A stretch of 58,844 nucleotides of DNA, counting the filler, from Catajapyx aquilonaris (taxonomy: Eukaryota), in assembly GCA_000934665.2 (NCBI GenBank). It is 2 parts of 2 records of this genome, joined end to end, with 100 filler letters (N's around TTAATTAATTAA, not from the genome) between each part and the next. Parts side by side here need not be neighbours in the genome. Positions count along the whole stretch, not along the records: positions 29,721 to 58,844 come from JYFJ02004825.1; 1 more part is not named here. The stretch is one strand, 5' to 3'. This document shows positions 51,624 through 58,844 of this stretch, piece by piece. The notes under the pieces are model-generated. The model was not told where the DNA came from. It did no database searches and saw only the letters and a list, made by a program, of their open reading frames with translations. The number at the start of each line of letters is the position of its first letter. Within the stretch, counting starts at the first letter, position 1. The position numbers and the translations under genes were made by a program.

Positions 51624-52200
51624 CAAGGGCTGTGCCAAAATGATTTAATTTCTTTTCTTTTTTTTGCCACGAATGTGAGGCCAATGCAGGTTGGCAGATG
51701 GGCACACATTATTGAGAGAATCCTCCTGGAGCCAAATGAACAGGAGTCATGGGTGTCTCAACCTCTCCTGGTCCTCCAGGAACCACTCTTTGGTGGTGTG
51801 GCGCACCCACTCCTGGACAAACTGATCACAGTCAACAATGCCCTTGAAATGGCGTTGGCGAAGTAGTTTTTTCATGGATCCAGCTTTGGGTGCTTCCACA
51901 CCCACTGTACTCCCCTGGCCTGGCCCCCAGTGACTTTCACCTCTTCAGATCCATGAAAAAATCTCCTTTGCCGACGCCATTTTGAGGACATTGTTGACTG
52001 CAGTCAGTTGTCCGGGAGTGAGTGCATCTCACCACCAAAAAGTGGTCCTGGAGGACCTGGAGAGGTTGACACAGCCATGACTCCTGTACATTCGGCTCCA
52101 GGAGGATTCTATCGATAATGTGTGCCTATCTGCCAACCTGCGTGGGCCTTGCATTTGTGGCAATAAAGACCAAATGTAAATTATTTTGGCATAGCCCTAG
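51624..52200. mobile_element. Mariner-derived MITE with long inverted arms and a transposase remnant
   Basis: ta|caagggctgtgccaaaatgattta ... taaattattttggcatagccctag|ta; internal peptide YSPGLAPSDFHLF (mariner YSPDLAPSD motif) at about 51905-51950. Confidence 0.85.
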
Positions 52201-53986
52201 TAGTTATAGGGTATTGGAAAATCAATGCAGAATCAGTAATTATTTGTGGTAAACCATTCAAGTTTTGCTATTTCTGCCAGGTGCCATTGTGGCTTGCTCG
52301 ATACATGTCCAATTAACATTAATATGCAATGCGAATGTTGAAATGTATATGGAAGGGCCTCTTTAGGGTGAAGTAGCGGGATTATTGGATGCATGAAATG
52401 TAACAACTTTCATGTGTGTGTTGTACATTTGTACAAGGACACCAAAACGGATACATTTTGTCGTGCCTCTCGAAAAATTTTCCCAACTCGTTGCATGATT
52501 AGTGGTAAATCCAGAACAATAGGTTCATTCACAGGAGAAATCACCTGCTCTGGATTTGCTGTGGATCATGCGACTGGTCCTGATTGGTTGTTCCTCATGG
52601 TTTTTCAATGAAACAAGTGAAAATGCTTAATTGGCGAGATCCACGATTTAAATAAATGGCCAATGAAATCTCAGGCAAGCTGGCAATTGGAGTAGACACC
52701 CAATTTTTAAATATCTGATATGTTCGTCAACAGTTGCTTTAATGATTTAATGTACTATTGTGTATTTTAAAGCCCCTTGGAAGAGCTGTCACTGCTTATA
52801 AGAATTTGCCATAATAATTTAAATAATCATTCCCCATTGAAAGCACCATTTGAAATGAAGTTCATCTTCATTGCTTGCATTCATGGACTTTCCTAGGCAA
52901 CAATTAGAAAGAGATTTCAAATGTTTTACGTGAAAGAACAACCCTTGACAATTATTGTGAATCAGGATAAACTGGATCCGTTGTGATGGCCTTTTGCCCC
53001 AGTGTTGAAGTGCATTTAACTCCCATTTTGACGGCTGCATTCTGTCTGTGTTTTGCTGTCGAGTCTTTCCAACAGTGAATTATTAAAGGGGGTGTCGTTT
53101 CATAGGGTTGGAGCAGGTAATATAGGAAGTTGCTACTAACAATTCACTTTTAAGTGGAGTGCAGTTTGGGTAGTACGTCATGTCCTGCGGACCAGTTACT
53201 AATTCTGCTAACATCTGTGTAGAAAAAAATGTGTGGGGCAGTTTGTGGTGTGGTGGACTAACTGATTTTTAATAATGTATTTCTTTTTATAGTAACGTTT
53301 ATACTGCCCAGTATGCAGAAAAAGGTAGGCAACATCTCATAAGCTCAGGTTTTGCGCACTTTTGGCCAAGTTGGGTGTCCTCGCTGGGAAGGTTATTGAT
53401 GCTGTGGACCATTCATACTAGGCAGCTGCGGGTATCTCCGTGATAAGTGTCAAGAGATGACAGATAGAACAAGCACAAATGCTATTTACTCAAGTGACAA
53501 GCAACCTTGCTTCTCCTTTCTAGATATTTTGTCATGTGCCTTTTTCCGATATTTTCCACTTTTAAAATGTAATTTTGAAAATGTTGTTAATGTGAAGTTT
53601 GACAATGGACAAGCATATAATGGGGCTGTCTGTGAGGTATTGGACTTTAGAAGGGGAATGAACATCAGCCTCTCTGAATGGACCAAGAATTCTGGTGTAC
53701 AAACTAATGTGCTGTTATCAAAATTGTTACTATTCACATACAGTTCACCTGCAGATTTTGCACATAAATACGTACAAAAGGGTAATAGCTACATGCCAGT
53801 ATTATGCTCCGAAAGGGCTAAGTGGATTGGGTTCCAAGTAATCATAAATTCGTGAGACCTGACTGAACTAGAAGCGCTCAAGGAATATTATATTTTTCAT
53901 CATAATAGATGCGAATATCACCATGTGATCGGCACCCTTGCCCCCCTCCCACCCCTCGTTTCTAATTGCAGTCTCGCACTGAAGAA

Positions 53987-54729
<743 letters not shown>

Positions 54730-55578
54730 ATCCGGGAGACACTGTTTCAACTTGCAAAGAATGTAGGGGGATGGGGGACTACGACTGTAATGTGACAGGA
54801 GAAACTGGAATCCGGAAAGAAGTTTTTTTTTTCCAGTTCATTAATCTTCTTTTATTTCCTACCTACGTTTTTTATGCTTAAGAACAATCAGTCTTACATT
54901 CCCCCCCTACCTACCCTTTGCACTTTATAAGTTCATATAATAATATCATTATCATTGAAAGGCTACAAGTGTGGAGTATCCCCATTTTTTTATGTCGAGT
55001 ACATTGAACTAAATGAAGTTTGAAGGAAAGTGATTTCAAGCTTTAAAAGCTTCCAATCTTTCTCAGTGTCCCTTTGTACCTTTTAAAAAAAAATTCATGT
55101 TGTGTGATTTTTTGATTTTGTTTTTTACCTGCAGGGCCAAGATGTAAAAGTTTGTGCCGGAGCCCGCAAACGAAAAGATAAGGATCGCGGATCAATTAAG
55201 TCAAGACCATAGCCCGTTTTGCAGTGCTATTAACTAAGCATTTGGCCCGGAAAATTTTCACTGTTGCATTTTTCTGCAAGACACAGCAATGCGATGAAAC
55301 AAATGGGGGCACAAATTTGTTCAAATCATACATCAAATAAACGGAAGTGTGACGTTACATTGTTGTTTGGAGTACGACACCCACTTCTTTTTTTTCAGGA
55401 TTCAGTGGATTGCACAGGACCTGTAGGAAATTTGCAGAAAATTGAATATTTCAAGGAATGTTAGCTGGGAAAAAATTTGCATAGATTTTCAACTGTAGAG
55501 TCGATAGTCCTGTGCTATTGGTATCGACTGCGTGGTATCGATTCTGCTATGTTTTGTATCGTCTTTGTAAATTCAAAG

Positions 55579-57912
55579 ATGGCGGCTCCGATGGTGGCGT
55601 GTTGGGCTCGAGGCTGCTGCTTCTTTTCTGCCCTGGGCAGAGCTAGGGGCATCAACCTTCAAGGTAATTATGGGAATGGTTGGGGCACGTTGTTGGGGAT
55701 GCCGGACGAGCAATTGGAATGGGCCAGATGGACACAAATCCTGACCATGATTTCATCTTTTAGGCCCAGCTGCTGGATTGCTGTGGTCTGGCAATGGAGG
55801 GACGCAAGAAACGGTGGCGCACCTGAGATCCAGGGCTGGAGAGAAGCTGGCCCAGGCCAAAATCAGGCCAGCGCAGGAGTTGGTCCAGGACCAGACGGAA
55901 GAAGAGGACCGAGTCGCTAGAGGTGGGATGGACAAACACGGCAGGAGGCCGAGTAGTTTTGGAGGCACAAACTTTGCATTTTCCATTAAGATGTGGGCCA
56001 TCTGCCATTCACTGGTATCAACAAGTTAGTGGTTGTGTAACAATGCTGCAAACAATAGCAAACAGTCTGAAAGTGTCGACAGAATTGACCCATTTGGCAT
56101 GTAATCAGATGGTCAGGTTGTGCATCTGAATTGAAAATACTGTGCATAGAAGCCCAGCAGTGCAGTCTTCTCGATGTAAATTACCGCATTGTGATCAGCC
56201 TGCACATGTTCATGGCTTTCGTAATCAGTCTTTGAAGAGGCTTGGTGATCTAGATGTAAATTGGGCAAATCAATGCCACTTTTTTTTTTTTTTTCCTGTA
56301 CCCCATTATCGGACCGTGGGCCCTTATTAGGGGAGTGGAATACCACTATTTTTGGGAACCATATAATGTGTATATGTTAATTGTTCCAAGGGTAAGTATA
56401 GGAGGGGATGTGCAAAGTGCAAGTGAAATGTCGCATATTGGTCATTTTGTGAACTCCCCCGGGTGGCTTAGTCTGTCGGAAATTGCCACCCGAAACGAAG
56501 GCAGAGATGGCCCAACTCTGCACGAAAGAAGGTGGGAACCCCGGGTGGGGATTGAACCCGGGACCTTAACTTCCGTGGGCGCACGCGTTACCGCGGCGCC
56601 ACTCCATCTCCCCTAAATCAATGCCACTTATTTTGATTGAATGATGAATTCATTCATTACTGATTTATTTGTGGTGAAAATGCAAAGTGGAACTTTCATT
56701 CACTGCTTCAGAGCTGCTTGTACTGTACAGTAATTTTTGCCAAGTTGCCAGCGACATAAATATTGTCACTGTAAAATAAAAACCTGTGGTGAGATCACAA
56801 CATTTCAGGCCTTTAAAAAAAATGTATAGATGCATATAGATTATGACAATCTACGTGGTACCTTTAAAATTAAATGGTTTCTTAAGGTCTCCTGAATAGT
56901 TGTCATTTCACCAGAGCACAGGTTTTTATTTTACAGCGACAATATTTATTTTGATCTTACAGCTTGTTGCGACAAAGGCCAAAAGGGCCCTGATTTTTAG
57001 CAAGATCTAACACTTGTTTATTTTGTGGTCATTTTTGCAGATGTGATATCATATGTGAATAAGCAGATAGAAGCCGAAAGCTACGGAAGGCTCTTTGCCA
57101 TAATATACGTGGCAGGGATGCAGCGTAAGGTCACCAGTGACGATCTTCTCGTAGTGCAAAGCCCTTGGCCGCCTGAAGCTGGAGAGAGGATTAGATTTGA
57201 AAAGGTTTGTCAATTTCCATTCTGTCACCTGCAGTGTTAATAATATTGTGAGAGTAACATTGCATGGTTTTACTTTCCCTGGTCTGAGAGTGTGGCTCTT
57301 TTTTTTTGCGTAATGTATTTTTAATATTTACTCACAATCAGGTGCTGTTGGTGGGGAGCAGAGATTTCACCTTGATTGGACGCCCACTCCTTCCCAAAGA
57401 CCTTGTTAGGGTTGAGGCTACTGTTGTGGAAAAGACCCTCTCACGCACCCTCAGCCACTTTTTCTACATCCAGCGTACGGAGCACCAGAAGATGCATAGT
57501 GAGTTGCATAACTATACCACATAAGAAGCTACATGCTGGTGATGACAAGATTTTTGTGAGATGCGCGTCTAGTGGATTAACTGGTATGTTGATATAAGGT
57601 GGGGTGTGGACCAGGACAATTTGCCTACATTTCACCTGCCAAAAATTCCCCTTGGTCGACTCCATCATATACCATCATGCTGCAATACAGGCGGTAATGT
57701 AATAGGCTTCTTGTGGCTTATTCTCAAAATTGGCAATTCAGCTGTCGAGAATGCTTATAACAAGGTTTATTTTTTACATTGTTGGTAACAAAATCAATTG
57801 ACCAACAGGGTACAGATACGCACAGACAATGCTTCGGATCAACAGCGTGGAGCTGACGGAGAAGGTTGGTGAGGTGAAGGACGTTGAGGGCCTCAAAGAC
57901 AGGATATTGTAG
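55579..57912 (+). CDS. MRPL21: Mitochondrial ribosomal protein L21
   Basis: Exons 55579-55663, 55764-55922, 57041-57204, 57342-57498, 57809-57912 (222 aa). Transit-peptide-like N-terminus; [53 protein letters not shown]. Confidence 0.93.
56281..56614 (-). mobile_element. tRNA-derived SINE, head type 1, in an MRPL21 intron
   Basis: TSD aaatcaatgccact (56267-56280 and 56615-56628), oligo-A tail, and head homologous to 584-939. Confidence 0.87.
56756..56950. repeat. Imperfect inverted repeat (MITE-like)
   Basis: aaatattgtcactgtaaaataaaacctgtg versus cacaggtttttattttacagcgacaatattt. Confidence 0.6.
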
Positions 57913-58844
57913 TTATGAAATATTTATACTGAATGTGTATTCACAACAAGAGTTGTAACAGTAGCTTTGCCACGAATAATGAGCCTTTCCATTTTGTACT
58001 CCTGTTTGCTTCTTTCTATTCTTTGGTATTGGGTGTTTCCTCTGTGAAACTCGACCTGCAACAGAGACTAGTCTGAAACAATTCATTTGGTTGAGAGAAA
58101 CTTGCGTTCCCATGAAATGGTTGTAGCAGAGAATAGTAGGTTACTTTTAGTAGTTGAAAGTAACTTCTAGTTTTGGCCCCTGCTGACTTTGCTGAGGCGA
58201 CAAAATGTAGTACCCCAGTAATACATTATTCCATCCTCCGCATAGGCTATAAGCAGATATTCCCATCTCCAATTTTTACTATTAAAAGCCATTGCAACAA
58301 CCACATCAGACAGCCAAAAATTGTCTCAGCCAGAAATGTTGTGCCCCCAGTATATGGTAATGGGTTGAGAGGAGAAGGGAAAAGGTGCCATTTTCTCTAT
58401 TACCACATAGTGAGAGTGGTCAGAAGTTGGCACAAGATGCAGAATAGACAAATAGTACTTTCAACTGATAAATGAGCAGTTTAATATTTTTCACACAATT
58501 GCACGCTATGTGAAATTATTAATGAAGTGTATCTCACAAATCACAATACCTAGCAATTAAGATGATCCCAAGTAGAACCAGTGAAAACCAGATGCTCTTC
58601 ATGAGAACCATCATGTTGTAATATTGTAAAATGTGGCCAGCAGGAGTTTTCCAAAAGTGGTCTTCTCCATGATGGAGATCAAGAAGGAGGCATGCTCCAG
58701 CATAAGCCTGACATCCACCCATGCCCACTGGGTTGTCCAGTTCATATGTACTTGCCCTGATCTGAAAATATTGGGACACCCCCAAAAAATGGAGTGGTGG
58801 GGTTATACACAGGATGTGATAAAAAGTTTCCATTAAGATTATCT

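Noticed and set aside
58173..58833. Possible minus-strand exons of a neighbouring gene (hydrophobic stretch IWFSLVLLGIILIA followed by a donor-like site)
   Set aside because: No recognisable family, an adjacent candidate frame contains stops, and the window edge prevents a model.

Overview
Eukaryotic, intron-containing animal DNA, probably an arthropod (inferred from gene structure and SINE types). A 100-nt padded assembly gap (N44-TTAATTAATTAA-N44, 29621-29720) splits it into two very different halves. Left half (1-29620): one large gene, a divergent MRE11-like nuclease on the + strand (7 exons traced in frame, 3' end missing). It has an unusual ~270-aa N-terminal extension of RG/GAR repeats followed by tandem SQ plus SIM-like repeats. 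Its introns and upstream region are saturated with nested MITEs, fold-back elements and tRNA-derived SINEs. Right half (29721-58844): compact and gene-dense, containing a 5'-truncated Ulp1/SENP (C48) protease ORF, CCDC22, TMEM184C, NOB1 (- strand), a SLAIN-family +TIP gene, HP1/CBX and MRPL21. The most interesting candidate system is the MRE11 with the GAR-SQ-SIM arm, which stops at the gap just before a headless SUMO-protease domain. It may be an MRE11-SENP fusion or simply an assembly juxtaposition; the sequence alone cannot decide. All exon models and family assignments were read by eye and no database search was run.
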